Shown here piece after piece: positions 1-8,813 of a stretch of 64,000 bases of DNA; position 1 is the first letter of the stretch; each line of letters begins with the position of its first letter. The stretch is from IMG/VR virus record IMGVR_UViG_3300014205_005221, positions 1-64,000 of that record; one strand, 5' to 3'. The DNA comes from a virus. Taxonomy: Duplodnaviria > Caudoviricetes. A program made the position numbers and the translations under genes. Below the pieces are notes generated by a model, which was not told the origin of the DNA, searched no databases, and saw only the letters and a program-made list of their open reading frames with translations.

Positions 1-261
1 CACGTCGGACGCCACGTAGCCCCACGTGCTGGAGCCGTTGAGATTGACCGACGCCGTGACCGTGCGCGGGCCCGTCGCGATCACAGAGATCGACTCCACC
101 ACAGCGGTGAACTGGCGGAACAGGTCGCCGTCGGCCCAGTCCCGGTGGTCGAGCCCATCGCGGTAGGCCACAGCCTGGCGCTGCGCCTCGACCGCGACCA
201 GTCGGGCCAGCTCCATGTCGCCATCGGAGAATCGGTCGGTGTATCCAGCGGTGTTCGTCAT
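1..261 (-). CDS. MTNT-tagged hypothetical protein, runs off the window edge
   Basis: ATGACGAACACC at 261; TTGCCT-N17-TAGTCT-N6-ATG promoter; frame open to position 1. Confidence 0.75.
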   Translation of the reverse strand, partial: MTNTAGYTDRFSDGDMELARLVAVEAQRQAVAYRDGLDHRDWADGDLFRQFTAVVESISVIATGPRTVTASVNLNGSSTWGYVASDV

Positions 262-305
262 GAGATAAGACTAGCACAGCAACACCAGCAAGGCAAGCAA
301 CCGAG

Positions 306-346
306 CAAAAGAAATCCCCGGGCAGCGGGAGGCAACCCGGGGCAGC
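306..346 (-). terminator. intrinsic terminator
   Basis: CCCCGGG...CCCGGGG hairpin followed by ATTTCTTTT on minus strand. Confidence 0.75.
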
Positions 347-359
347 GGAACCGAGCCCG

Positions 360-707
360 TCAGTCCTTGAAGCCGAGGTAGGGCCAGTACACGATGGTGT
401 CAAGCCCCATGTTGTCGACCGACATGCGGGAAGCCATGCCCTCGAAGATCGACGCCAGCTCCAGCTGGTCCTGCTCGAACTGCGCGTCTGACTCCTCGTC
501 ACCGTCCAGAGCCTCGACCTCCTCGCGGATGGTCTCGGCGTGGCCCAGCAGCGAGGTCTTGACGTCGTAGTAGGGGCCCTCGATCACGATGCCGACACAG
601 CGAGAGCCGAACATGCCTCGTCCGGAGTAGTCCTCGCGGATGTCGGTGTAGGCGACCAGCTCCAGGGCCGACTCGAAGTCGTAGCGGGAGATTTCGGTGT
701 TCGTCAT
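360..707 (-). CDS. MTNT-tagged hypothetical protein, paralog of 7556-7900
   Basis: own promoter and tag; DYSGRGMxG and DxMGLxTxxYxP motifs shared with 7556-7900. Confidence 0.85.
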   Translation of the reverse strand: MTNTEISRYDFESALELVAYTDIREDYSGRGMFGSRCVGIVIEGPYYDVKTSLLGHAETIREEVEALDGDEESDAQFEQDQLELASIFEGMASRMSVDNMGLDTIVYWPYLGFKD

Positions 708-752
708 GAGGTAAGACTAGCACAACAGGTGCAGCAAAGCAAGCAACTCAGC

Positions 753-791
753 AAAAGAAAGGGGGCCGGATCCCCGCAGGAACCCGGCCCC
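753..791 (-). terminator. intrinsic terminator
   Basis: GGGGCCGG...CCGGCCCC hairpin plus T tract. Confidence 0.7.
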
Positions 792-805
792 GTCCGACCC
801 GGAGG

Positions 806-1318
806 TCAGCCCGTCATCGTGACCATGAGCCCGATCCCGTGGTTGGCACCGCCACACGCACAGGTGCAGGTCGCGCCCACAGCAGCGAGGCAAGAGCTGT
901 TGCACTTGTGCTTCGCGGCCGTCGACATGGTGCCGACCAGCTGCGCAGCGCGGACCCGGACCGGCTTCGCACCGTGGTTGGAGCACTTGAGGACGAAGTA
1001 CGCGTCCTTGATCGCGTGCGTCTTGCAGCCCTTGCGGGGACAGGAAGCCGACCAGCGGTTGAACTTCTTCGTGACCGGAGCCTTCGGGGCCGCCTTGGGC
1101 AGGGCCGGTGCGGGCGCCGTGTTGGCCGCAGGGGCGACGAAAGCGGGCAGGGCGACCACCGGAGCGGTGGGAGCCAGGTTGCAGGTGCGCACCGCCTTGA
1201 TGTCGATGTGGCGGAGCTGGACCCGGGAGCCGTTGTCCCAGTGCGAGCACTTGGAGCAGACCGGGCCGGTCAGCGTGTGAGCCGGGATGGTGTGGGCGGG
1301 GGTTCCGGTGTTCGTCAT
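806..1318 (-). CDS. MTNT-tagged Cys-rich, putative Zn-binding protein
   Basis: CxxC pairs and CNSSC..CTCACGGANHG; TTGACT-N17-TAGTCT-N6-ATG. Confidence 0.8.
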   Translation of the reverse strand: MTNTGTPAHTIPAHTLTGPVCSKCSHWDNGSRVQLRHIDIKAVRTCNLAPTAPVVALPAFVAPAANTAPAPALPKAAPKAPVTKKFNRWSASCPRKGCKTHAIKDAYFVLKCSNHGAKPVRVRAAQLVGTMSTAAKHKCNSSCLAAVGATCTCACGGANHGIGLMVTMTG

Positions 1319-1427
1319 GTCTAAAGACTAACCCAGCAAGGCAAGCAAGTCAAGTATTTCAGCCAAGATTCTTTGGACAGAGAAAACCCCGCCACCCGGG
1401 AAGGCAGCGGGGCCGTGAGTCAGGAGG

Positions 1428-1712
1428 TCAGCAGCCGTCGTCGGTGAACGCAGAGATGAGCGCGTCGATGACCAGGATCGACAGACCGCCGGACACGTCG
1501 ACCTGACCGATCACGTCCCACCGGGCCTCGGAGGTGAACTGCTCCAGCCGGAACGAACGGGAGCCGATGTCGGTCCAGCGGAACCCGACACAGCCGCGCA
1601 CGAACATGCCGTCGGCAGCGGCAGGCTCGAAGTCCAGCTCCTCGACGAGCAGGATCTCAATGTCGGACGAGGAAGCGGGGGCGTAGCGGGGGAAGTTCGC
1701 GGTGTTCGTCAT
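1428..1712 (-). CDS. MTNT-tagged hypothetical protein
   Basis: start re-called at the tag ATG 1712; TTGACT-N17-TATCTT-N6-ATG. Confidence 0.8.
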   Translation of the reverse strand: MTNTANFPRYAPASSSDIEILLVEELDFEPAAADGMFVRGCVGFRWTDIGSRSFRLEQFTSEARWDVIGQVDVSGGLSILVIDALISAFTDDGC

Positions 1713-1824
1713 AAACCAAAGATACCAGCTAGAGGTCAGCAAGTCAAGCAATCCAGCAAAAGAAAATGGCCCCCACCCGGATGGGCAGGGGCCAGACAGC
1801 AGGAGGTTGGAACAGCAGAGCCGG

Positions 1825-2079
1825 TCAGCCAGCCCACATCGCGATGAGAGACCGCAGCGATCGCGCCGGGTCCTCGGGGTTCAGCTCCATGCTCGCCACC
1901 ATGTCCAAGTCGTCGCCGACACCACAGCTTTCGTAGAGCTGGAACATCGCCACATCCCCGTCCAGGATCAGCACCCCGGCAAGGCTGCCCTCCCAGCGGG
2001 TCAGCTCCCCGGAGAACCCGGGATCGGGACGGAAGCCGTACTCATCCGCAACCTGGGCAAGTGCTTCGGTGTTCGTCAT
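1825..2079 (-). CDS. MTNT-tagged hypothetical protein
   Basis: tag ATG 2079; TTGACT-N17-TACTGT-N6-ATG. Confidence 0.8.
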   Translation of the reverse strand: MTNTEALAQVADEYGFRPDPGFSGELTRWEGSLAGVLILDGDVAMFQLYESCGVGDDLDMVASMELNPEDPARSLRSLIAMWAG

Positions 2080-2115
2080 GTGAGTACAGTAGCACAGCAA
2101 GGCGAGCAAGTCAAC

Positions 2116-2154
2116 AAAAGAAAGTGCCCCGGGTCGCGGGAGGCAACCCGGGGC
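2116..2154 (-). terminator. intrinsic terminator, near copy of 306-346
   Basis: CCCCGGGTTGCCTCCCGCGACCCGGG hairpin plus T tract. Confidence 0.7.
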
Positions 2155-2170
2155 AGGCGGGCAGGAAGGG

Positions 2171-2440
2171 TCAGGAGCTGGGCACAGCGAGCGCGTCCCA
2201 CAGCGTGTTGGCGTCGCGACCGCACGCATCGCAGCAGCCGTCCCACACGAACGGGGGCTCGTCCTCGGTGTCACGGTTGAGCACGATCAGGAGGTAGCCC
2301 GACCAACGCGACGAGACCAGGTAGCGGAGGTCGACCTCGTCGGACACGCCCGAGTCGTCATCGTTGGCGATCAGCACCCGGCAGTCGTCGCAGACACTGA
2401 TCTCGGTCTCGGTAGGGGCGGGGGTTCCGGTGTTCGTCAT
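2171..2440 (-). CDS. MTNT-tagged small protein with two CxxC motifs
   Basis: tag ATG 2440; TTGACA-N17-TATTGT-N7-ATG; CDDC and CDAC. Confidence 0.8.
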   Translation of the reverse strand: MTNTGTPAPTETEISVCDDCRVLIANDDDSGVSDEVDLRYLVSSRWSGYLLIVLNRDTEDEPPFVWDGCCDACGRDANTLWDALAVPSS

Positions 2441-2539
2441 AAGAGAAACAATACAGCAAGGCGAGCAACATGTCAAGTAGTCCAGCAAAGAAAGATGCCC
2501 CGGGCTCCAGACAGGAACCCGGGGCACGGACAGAGGAGG

Positions 2540-2833
2540 TCAGCCCAGGAAAGGAACGTGCGACCGAGCCGGACCGAACACCCGCTCCGAGCAAGTGAAG
2601 CAACCGCCGCGATCCCGACACGACTCCACCTCACCATCCTCGTCGAGCCACACCTCGACATCCAGACCGCAACGCAAGCACGTCGTGTGCCGCACCTCCG
2701 GACCCGGAGCCTCGACACAGACCTCCAGGTACTGCGCGACGAGAATGGAAATGTTCACGTCCTCGCCCACGACCGAACGCTCGGTCCGGAGCCATGAAGC
2801 GAAGTTGATGAGCTGCTGCGAGGTGTTCGTCAT
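2540..2833 (-). CDS. MTNT-tagged Cys-containing hypothetical protein
   Basis: tag; TTGACA-N18-TAGTCT-N6-ATG. Confidence 0.75.
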   Translation of the reverse strand: MTNTSQQLINFASWLRTERSVVGEDVNISILVAQYLEVCVEAPGPEVRHTTCLRCGLDVEVWLDEDGEVESCRDRGGCFTCSERVFGPARSHVPFLG

Positions 2834-2886
2834 GAGGTAAGACTAGCGCAGACAAGGCAAGCATGTCAACTAGGGAAGCATGTCAA

Positions 2887-3150
2887 CTAGGGAAGCAACG
2901 CAGGAACCGAGCCGTGCGCATCCCAATGGTGATCCTGCAGAGCCCGGAGGTGGGCACCGGTGTCGGTGAACACGGGCGTCAAACACAGGTGACACGCCAC
3001 AACCGACGGACCTCGCACATCGAACCCCTGACCGAACTCACCGCGCAACGCCAGCGAATACCCGGCCCGCACAGCACGCGGGACCGGGTTCCCATCACAA
3101 TCCTCACCGCGCACGATCACAACAACATCAGCCTGCGTGGTGTTCGTCAT
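2887..3150 (-). CDS. MTNT-tagged hypothetical protein, possible C2H2-like motif
   Basis: tag ATG 3150; TTGCTT-N17-TACTCT-N6-ATG; CHLC...HHWDAH. Confidence 0.75.
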   Translation of the reverse strand: MTNTTQADVVVIVRGEDCDGNPVPRAVRAGYSLALRGEFGQGFDVRGPSVVACHLCLTPVFTDTGAHLRALQDHHWDAHGSVPALLP

Positions 3151-3239
3151 ACAAGTAGAGTACCACAGACATGCCAGCAAAGCAAGACGGGCTGCATCCA
3201 TCCGGGTGTGGCCCGTCTGTCAGCAGAGCAGGTGAGAGG

Positions 3240-3467
3240 TCAGACCGCCGGTTCGCGAGCCATGTCCAGGTTCTCCCGGAGACCGTCCATCGCCAGGTCC
3301 ATCACGCCCGTGCACCCGGCGTCCTCCAGCAGCCGGACGTAGCGGTCGGCCACAGCGACCAACAGTCCGAACACGTCGTCGGCCACATCCGAGCCGGACG
3401 CGAAGTACTCGCCCGCCAGCGCGTCGATGTGAAAGTCACTGAACTGGGCAGCAAGGGTGTTCGTCAT
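3240..3467 (-). CDS. MTNT-tagged hypothetical protein
   Basis: tag; TTGCTA-N17-TAGGAT-N6-ATG. Confidence 0.75.
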   Translation of the reverse strand: MTNTLAAQFSDFHIDALAGEYFASGSDVADDVFGLLVAVADRYVRLLEDAGCTGVMDLAMDGLRENLDMAREPAV

Positions 3468-3578
3468 ACCAACATCCTAACATGGTAGGTACTGTGTAGC
3501 AAGGTGATGTGTTGACCCGGAACTAGATGGCGTAGCCGTTCTACCCCCGGGATGGGCTGAAGATCGACAACACGCCGA

Positions 3579-3833
3579 TCAACGCACCTCCATCTTCCGG
3601 ACGTCCACCCCGTTGCGGCGGAGATCCGAGACCGTGTTCATCAGCGTCCGGGAGCACGACGCGGTCGAAGCGATGACACCCAGCAGCCGACCATCGGCAT
3701 TGGTGACCCGCAGGTGGCTGTTGCCGGGGGTGTTGGACACGTCCAGCTCCAGCACCCTCAACCGTTCGACCAGGTCACGGGTGGATCGGGGGAGCGAGCC
3801 CCGGAGCTTGGCGATCTTCTTGGCGTTCGTCAT
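3579..3833 (-). CDS. HicA-like mRNA interferase (dsRBD fold)
   Basis: 84 aa, basic; GNSHLRV motif and C-terminal N..SDLRR.G; tag variant MTNA. Confidence 0.6.
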   Translation of the reverse strand: MTNAKKIAKLRGSLPRSTRDLVERLRVLELDVSNTPGNSHLRVTNADGRLLGVIASTASCSRTLMNTVSDLRRNGVDVRKMEVR

Positions 3834-3873
3834 GTCATAAACCTAGCATGACAAGTCCAACAAGGCAAGCATT

Positions 3874-4056
3874 TCAGCGGCGGTCATCAATGGACGAGGT
3901 GTCCAGGTCCGCGCACACGTAGAACAGCGACCCGGACGCCGTCCAGCACGATCGGTCGTCCGCAGCCTGCACCTCGGGGGCGATGACCGACAGCACGGCC
4001 AACACAAAGATCAGCGAGCCGAGGGTGCCGACCAGGTAGCGCACGGTGTTCGTCAT
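3874..4056 (-). CDS. MTNT-tagged small secreted or membrane protein
   Basis: tag ATG 4056; hydrophobic N-terminus ending VQA-A. Confidence 0.7.
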   Translation of the reverse strand: MTNTVRYLVGTLGSLIFVLAVLSVIAPEVQAADDRSCWTASGSLFYVCADLDTSSIDDRR

Positions 4057-4099
4057 GCGCATGACATTACAGCATGTCAGCAATACAAGCAAGTCGAGA

Positions 4100-4353
4100 T
4101 TGTCGAATAGGCAGGAATGGGGCGGCGCTGCGTGGGGCTGTCGAAACGCGTAGCGGTGGCATGTAGGGGGGTTGTCGAAATGGCGCGGCACGACGTGCAC
4201 GGACAGGGGAGGGGCTGTCGAACTGGGCCGACGTGACACGGCGCGACTCGGCGTGGGTCGTCGAGATGGCCGGGGACGAATGGAAGTGCACCGGGTTGAC
4301 GTGGGTCGTCGGGAGAGATGCGGCGGACGGCGGGATCAGGGGCGGACCTGTCA
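4100..4353 (-). repeat. pentamer-periodic array C (about 6 CGAC-delimited units)
   Basis: GTC(G) delimiters on + strand at 4102, 4140, 4174, 4217, 4260, 4308, 4350; G every 5 nt between them. Confidence 0.8.
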
Positions 4354-4424
4354 AGGGTTTAGCCTGCCCGACAAGCGGGACTTAGAGCAGCCGGAACCTA
4401 TCTCGGCCACCCCAGTCCTACCCC
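4350..4424 (-). promoter_or_regulatory. GGG-TAGGAC promoter plus conserved structured leader of array C
   Basis: homologous to 30500-30580 and 32922-32997. Confidence 0.7.
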
Positions 4425-4425
4425 A

Positions 4426-5031
4426 TCACCAGGCCAACCGAGCCGTCCGCACCCAACTCTCGACCTCGTCGAGATGGTGATCCTCGATGCCGGTCGACGG
4501 GTCCACGTGCAACAACAACGTGGGCAGGTTGCGGCGAGCGCGATCCCACCCGGACAGCTCACGAGCACGGATCTTGCGCGGCGAGTTGAAGCTGTCGTCG
4601 AGCCAGCACAGCGGACGACCAGCAGCGAAGTCGATCATCGCCGGAAACTTCCACAGGTCACGACGCGGGTGCCCGTGGAAATCCACCCACCGCAGCCGAG
4701 GAAGACCCAGAGCCGGTCCGATGACCGTGTTGCAGTTGTGTTCCCACAGCGATGCCCAGACCAGCTCCACATCCGACTCCCGCGACGTCCACGCCAGCGC
4801 GTCCCCGTGCCAGCCCGCCAGATCCAGCCGGGAATACGGGTGCCACGTCGAGCCCGGACGATACGAGATCCGATCCCGAAAGCTCACCGGGCGGTAGCCG
4901 CCCTGCTCCTTGGCATCGAGCTTGAGCTGCTTGAGCGGACGGGCGTACGCGTTGAGGGGACCGTCCACGTCGAGAGCAACGATCGGGGTCGGGAGAGTGG
5001 GCTTGTGGTAGGTACGTCGGGTGTTCGTCAT
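4426..5031 (-). CDS. HAD-superfamily phosphatase (RNA-repair-associated type), MTNT-tagged
   Basis: LDVDGPL motif I, LVWASLW, WLDD; tag ATG 5031. Confidence 0.8.
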   Translation of the reverse strand: MTNTRRTYHKPTLPTPIVALDVDGPLNAYARPLKQLKLDAKEQGGYRPVSFRDRISYRPGSTWHPYSRLDLAGWHGDALAWTSRESDVELVWASLWEHNCNTVIGPALGLPRLRWVDFHGHPRRDLWKFPAMIDFAAGRPLCWLDDSFNSPRKIRARELSGWDRARRNLPTLLLHVDPSTGIEDHHLDEVESWVRTARLAW

Positions 5032-5067
5032 GCTAGCAAGTGTAGCATATGTCAACATGTCTAGCAA

Positions 5068-5180
5068 GTTGCGCACCGTCAGGGGGTCGAACCCATTACC
5101 GCAGGTGACACTGCAGCAGCCGCCAACCGGCTACGGCCCGGTGAGGTCACCTGTCAACAGTGCCTCACCACGTCTTCAAC
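5068..5180 (-). ncRNA. putative structured ncRNA with a T-loop
   Basis: own TTGCCT-N17-TAATCT promoter, no ORF; CAGGTGAC/GTCACCTG stem and GGGTTCGACCCC. Confidence 0.55.
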
Positions 5181-5207
5181 AACTACAGATTAGCACAGCA
5201 AGTGCGA

Positions 5208-6281
5208 CTAGGCAAGCGATGTCACGATGTCAGTCAGCTTCACCGCGTAGTGGTCCTCCAGCCGCTCCTCCCACGCCACCGGCCAGTACTTGTTGCCCCA
5301 CGCAGCACCGGCCAACGCACCGAGGATGGCACCGATCGAGTCGCTGTCGCCGTTGGACAGAGCCGCCCGGCGGAGCAGATCCGACCCGGAGCACAGCACG
5401 TCGGCGTCGAGGATGCCTACGGCCAGAGCCAGCGCCTCCCGCGCACGCCAACCCTCGCCCGCGACCTCGCACGGGTCGAAGCTCCACGGACCACGGATTC
5501 GCAGCTCGTCACGGAGCTGAGCCGCCGCACCGGCCACCCAGCCGACGTGACCCGCACCCTCGACCACGTAGTTGGCCTTGGAGCCGACCCAGACCTTCGA
5601 TCCCATCGGCACGTCAGTACGCTGCGTGACCCGGTACAGGTCGCTGAACGCCGTCGTGTCGTAAAGCGCACTACGCATGTCGTGAGCCATGTCCTCCAGG
5701 TACTCGGAGCACTGACCCGGGACGATCGAGCCGTTTGCCAGCGACCGCGTGAGCCGAGCCGCCGCGATCGAGGTGAACGCGTTCTCCGCCGGACCGTGCG
5801 TGATCACCGCCTGCATCGCAGCGATCGTGTCGATGTTGACCTCGGTGACCTTCGGGTGCAGTCCGATCCACGGAGCCCGCATCACCGAGCCGCACCCGGC
5901 GGAGTCGGACGACGTCGCAGCCAGCCAGCGACCCATGCCCCACCGCTCCAGCCGTCCGATCGAGGACATGCACGTGTCACCGGGGGCACGGTTGTTGCGC
6001 GGGTCGATCGCCCACGCACGGAACGCCGCGATCAGCTCCATACGCAGGTGCGCAAGCTCCACCCCGTCCCACGCGTCGAGCGCCGACCACACCGCCAGCG
6101 ACATCTGCGTGTCGTCGGTGATGCGGAGCTGCAGCGGAACCTCCGGGCCCATGTTGCCGTGCTGGCGGATCAGATGCTCGTAGCCCACGAACTCGGTCGG
6201 AGCACCGATTGCATCACCGTAGGCCATGCCGTAAAGGGCACCGACCTGGGCGTCGAGGAAGGTCTTCGTGGTGTTCGTCAT
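5208..6281 (-). CDS. ADP-ribosylglycohydrolase (DraG/ARH family), MTNT-tagged
   Basis: GDAIGAPTEF, ITDDTQM, GCGSVMRA and GDSDSIGA motifs. Confidence 0.92.
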   Translation of the reverse strand: MTNTTKTFLDAQVGALYGMAYGDAIGAPTEFVGYEHLIRQHGNMGPEVPLQLRITDDTQMSLAVWSALDAWDGVELAHLRMELIAAFRAWAIDPRNNRAPGDTCMSSIGRLERWGMGRWLAATSSDSAGCGSVMRAPWIGLHPKVTEVNIDTIAAMQAVITHGPAENAFTSIAAARLTRSLANGSIVPGQCSEYLEDMAHDMRSALYDTTAFSDLYRVTQRTDVPMGSKVWVGSKANYVVEGAGHVGWVAGAAAQLRDELRIRGPWSFDPCEVAGEGWRAREALALAVGILDADVLCSGSDLLRRAALSNGDSDSIGAILGALAGAAWGNKYWPVAWEERLEDHYAVKLTDIVTSLA

Positions 6282-6363
6282 GCTGACAACTATAGCACAG
6301 GTCAGCAAAGACAGCAACCCCGCTACCCGTTGCCGAGTAGCGGGGTTGCAAGGGTGGGAGAGA

Positions 6364-6684
6364 TCAGCCGACGACCAGCAGAGCCGCAGCTTCCCACGCC
6401 TGGTTGAGCCGGTGCATGCCCAGCTCGGTGATCTTGAGAGTGGTCAGCCCGTCCAGCTCACCGGTGTACTTGCGCTCCTCGACGAGCCCGTTGCGGACCA
6501 GGTCGGCCATGCCCTCCTGGCGCTCCACGGAGAACCCGGACAGATCCGCCGGGGTCTCGGCACCCTTGGAGACCCGCTCCAGCCAGGACAGGTAGCGGAA
6601 CGCCATCGCCGGGTGGTCCCAGTGACCGTCCTCGGTCTGCGAGGTGACAACGTAGTTGGCGGGAACGTTTTCCGTGTTCGTCAT
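6364..6684 (-). CDS. MTNT-tagged protein, possible winged-helix
   Basis: LVRNGLVE...LKITELG pattern; TTGACA-N17-TAGTCT-N6-ATG. Confidence 0.7.
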   Translation of the reverse strand: MTNTENVPANYVVTSQTEDGHWDHPAMAFRYLSWLERVSKGAETPADLSGFSVERQEGMADLVRNGLVEERKYTGELDGLTTLKITELGMHRLNQAWEAAALLVVG

Positions 6685-6728
6685 GGGAGAAGACTACACC
6701 AGCAAGGCAAGCATGTCAACAAGTTGAG

Positions 6729-6765
6729 CAAAAAAAAATCCCCCCGACCCGGAGGCCAGGGGGAT
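6729..6765 (-). terminator. intrinsic terminator
   Basis: ATCCCCC...GGGGGAT hairpin plus long T tract. Confidence 0.8.
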
Positions 6766-6781
6766 CGTCGGACAGGACCGA

Positions 6782-6976
6782 TCAGACCAGCACGCGCTCC
6801 CGGCGGTACCGGATCGTCGGGTTGGCGACCGGAACCGGCTCCGGGCGGAACCGAGGGGCCGACGCCGCCTTGACCAGCGAGACCGCCATGGTCTTGTAGG
6901 TGACGCCCTCCGGGGTGGTGACCAACAGGATCGCGGTGCCGTTGTCGTGACCGATGACCTTCGTGGTGTTCGTCAT
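6782..6976 (-). CDS. MTNT-tagged hypothetical protein
   Basis: tag; TTGACT-N17-TAATCT-N6-ATG. Confidence 0.75.
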   Translation of the reverse strand: MTNTTKVIGHDNGTAILLVTTPEGVTYKTMAVSLVKAASAPRFRPEPVPVANPTIRYRRERVLV

Positions 6977-7079
6977 AGGTAAAGATTAGCCCAGCAAGAC
7001 GAGTAAGTCAAGTATTTCAGCAAGATTCTTTAGACAGCAAAAAGCCCCTACCCGGAGGCAGGGGCCAGATGCGTGCAGG

Positions 7080-7460
7080 TCAGTCCGTGATCAGGACCAA
7101 CTCGGGGTTACGACCGGAACGTCCGTATCGGTCGTCGATGCGGAACGCGACAGTCTGAATCACGACGATGTCGCCCTCGACCAGCTCCACCGTGGCAGGG
7201 TTGTCGCCCGGAACCCGGTGAGCCGAGATCACCGACGCGTTGGGGATCAGGTGCGCAACCGGACGGTCGCTCTCCGAGTCGCCATCCGGGGTGAAGATGA
7301 CCGACCACGTGCAGGTGTGGCCCTGGTGCTTGGAGAACAGCCGGATCTTCGTGATGTCGTTGCGGCAGTCCGGGGTGTGGAACCACGTGCCACCGAGCGT
7401 GCGGTAGGGCTCGACCTCAGCGACGTGGACAGTGGGGATACGGGTTTCGGTGTTCGTCAT
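7080..7460 (-). CDS. MTNT-tagged hypothetical protein
   Basis: tag ATG 7460; TTGACA-N17-TACTGT-N6-ATG. Confidence 0.8.
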   Translation of the reverse strand: MTNTETRIPTVHVAEVEPYRTLGGTWFHTPDCRNDITKIRLFSKHQGHTCTWSVIFTPDGDSESDRPVAHLIPNASVISAHRVPGDNPATVELVEGDIVVIQTVAFRIDDRYGRSGRNPELVLITD

Positions 7461-7555
7461 GTAAGTACAGTAACACAGCAAGGCAAGCATGTCAACAACG
7501 AGAGCAAAGAAAAAAGCCCCCGCCCGGATGGGCAGGGGCTAGACAGCAGAGCCGG

Positions 7556-7900
7556 TCAGTCGTCCTCGTCGGTACCGGGGATGTCACCCTCCAGCTGATA
7601 GCCAGGGAAGTACAGGACCGTGCCCAGCCCCATCGAGTCCATGCACGCGCGCTGAGCCAGCACGACCGCGAAACCCTGCTCCAGGTCCGGCTCGTCGAAC
7701 TCCTGCTGCTCGCCGACCAGCTCACCGAGCGAGGCGAAGAACCGGAACGGGTCCGAGCGGCCGTCGAAAGTGATGCCGAAGCACTCTTCGCCGTACATGC
7801 CGCGACCCGAGTAGTCGTTGCGGACCCGGGCGTCCCAGACCTGCGCGCACTCCAGGGCTTCGGTGATGAATCGAGCGTTGATGGTCTTGGTGTTCGTCAT
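7556..7900 (-). CDS. MTNT-tagged hypothetical protein, paralog of 360-707
   Basis: tag ATG 7900; shared DYSGRGM motif. Confidence 0.85.
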   Translation of the reverse strand: MTNTKTINARFITEALECAQVWDARVRNDYSGRGMYGEECFGITFDGRSDPFRFFASLGELVGEQQEFDEPDLEQGFAVVLAQRACMDSMGLGTVLYFPGYQLEGDIPGTDEDD

Positions 7901-8012
7901 AAGAGAAACATTACAGCAAGGCCAGCAAGCTGTCAACCCCCAGAAATGACAGACGCCCTGGCCTACGCGTATCCGCAGCAGACCAGGGCGTTACACCTGT
8001 CATACCCAGCAG

Positions 8013-8579
8013 TCAGTCCTTCTGGTCTACGACCGTCGGCTTCGTCTCGTCCTTGCGGCCGAACATCAGCGACGCCCACGCAGCCGGATCCGTTGCCTCG
8101 TCGGTGAGCTTCTCCGCAGCCGGGACCTCGGTCCACCCGGACACGATCTCACACGGAGACTCGCCGATCAGCTCCAGCAGATCCTCCCACTTGTGCTTGG
8201 CCGTACCGCGCTGCGACGTCGAATACCAGTTCCCGTCGGCCGCGCGGAACGCTACGTAGACGTACTCCTTCGCAGCCGGAGACGTGAACTGCATCTTGCC
8301 CGTGCCATCCGGAGACGGGAAGAACTGCAGCTCACCGGTCAGCTCCTCGTCGAAGCTCTTGCGCCAGCGCAGCACGGTGCCCTTCGGCGGCTGCTGACCT
8401 CCGAACCGGTTCTGCTGGGCCATGACCTCGGCGAACATCGCCAGAGCCTTCTCGAAGTTCTTCTTTGCCTGCTCCACAGAGCTACCCTTCTGCCTCGACA
8501 CGAGAGCACCCGACGCGCTGACCGTTCTGGCCGAGCGCGACGTCGGGAACACCTCGTCCACAATCCCGTAGTCAGCCAT
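8013..8579 (-). CDS. hypothetical protein
   Basis: 188 aa; GGG-TAGGAC-N6-ATG. Confidence 0.75.
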   Translation of the reverse strand: MADYGIVDEVFPTSRSARTVSASGALVSRQKGSSVEQAKKNFEKALAMFAEVMAQQNRFGGQQPPKGTVLRWRKSFDEELTGELQFFPSPDGTGKMQFTSPAAKEYVYVAFRAADGNWYSTSQRGTAKHKWEDLLELIGESPCEIVSGWTEVPAAEKLTDEATDPAAWASLMFGRKDETKPTVVDQKD

Positions 8580-8813
8580 ATCCCTGTCCTACCCGGAGAT
8601 CAGAGCCTCCACCGAACCTCGACGGTCATCATTCCGGTGACCGTCATGGCAAAAGCAGCAGCGAGCCAAGTGCGCGTCATCGTCGCTAGCAGCGAGAAGC
8701 GTGACCCGCGACCAGATGTACGGCCGTCCAGCTCGGAGCATGTCATGTGAGGCGGAAGCAACGTCGAACGAGTAGGTCTGCTCCTCGGCCATCACGCTGC
8801 TCACCTCCGCATG

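Noticed and set aside
1428-7936. ORF-track starts upstream of MTNT (e.g. 1751, 2274, 2527, 5076, 6317, 7490, 7936)
   Set aside because: The extensions run through promoters and terminators; starts were re-called at the tag ATG
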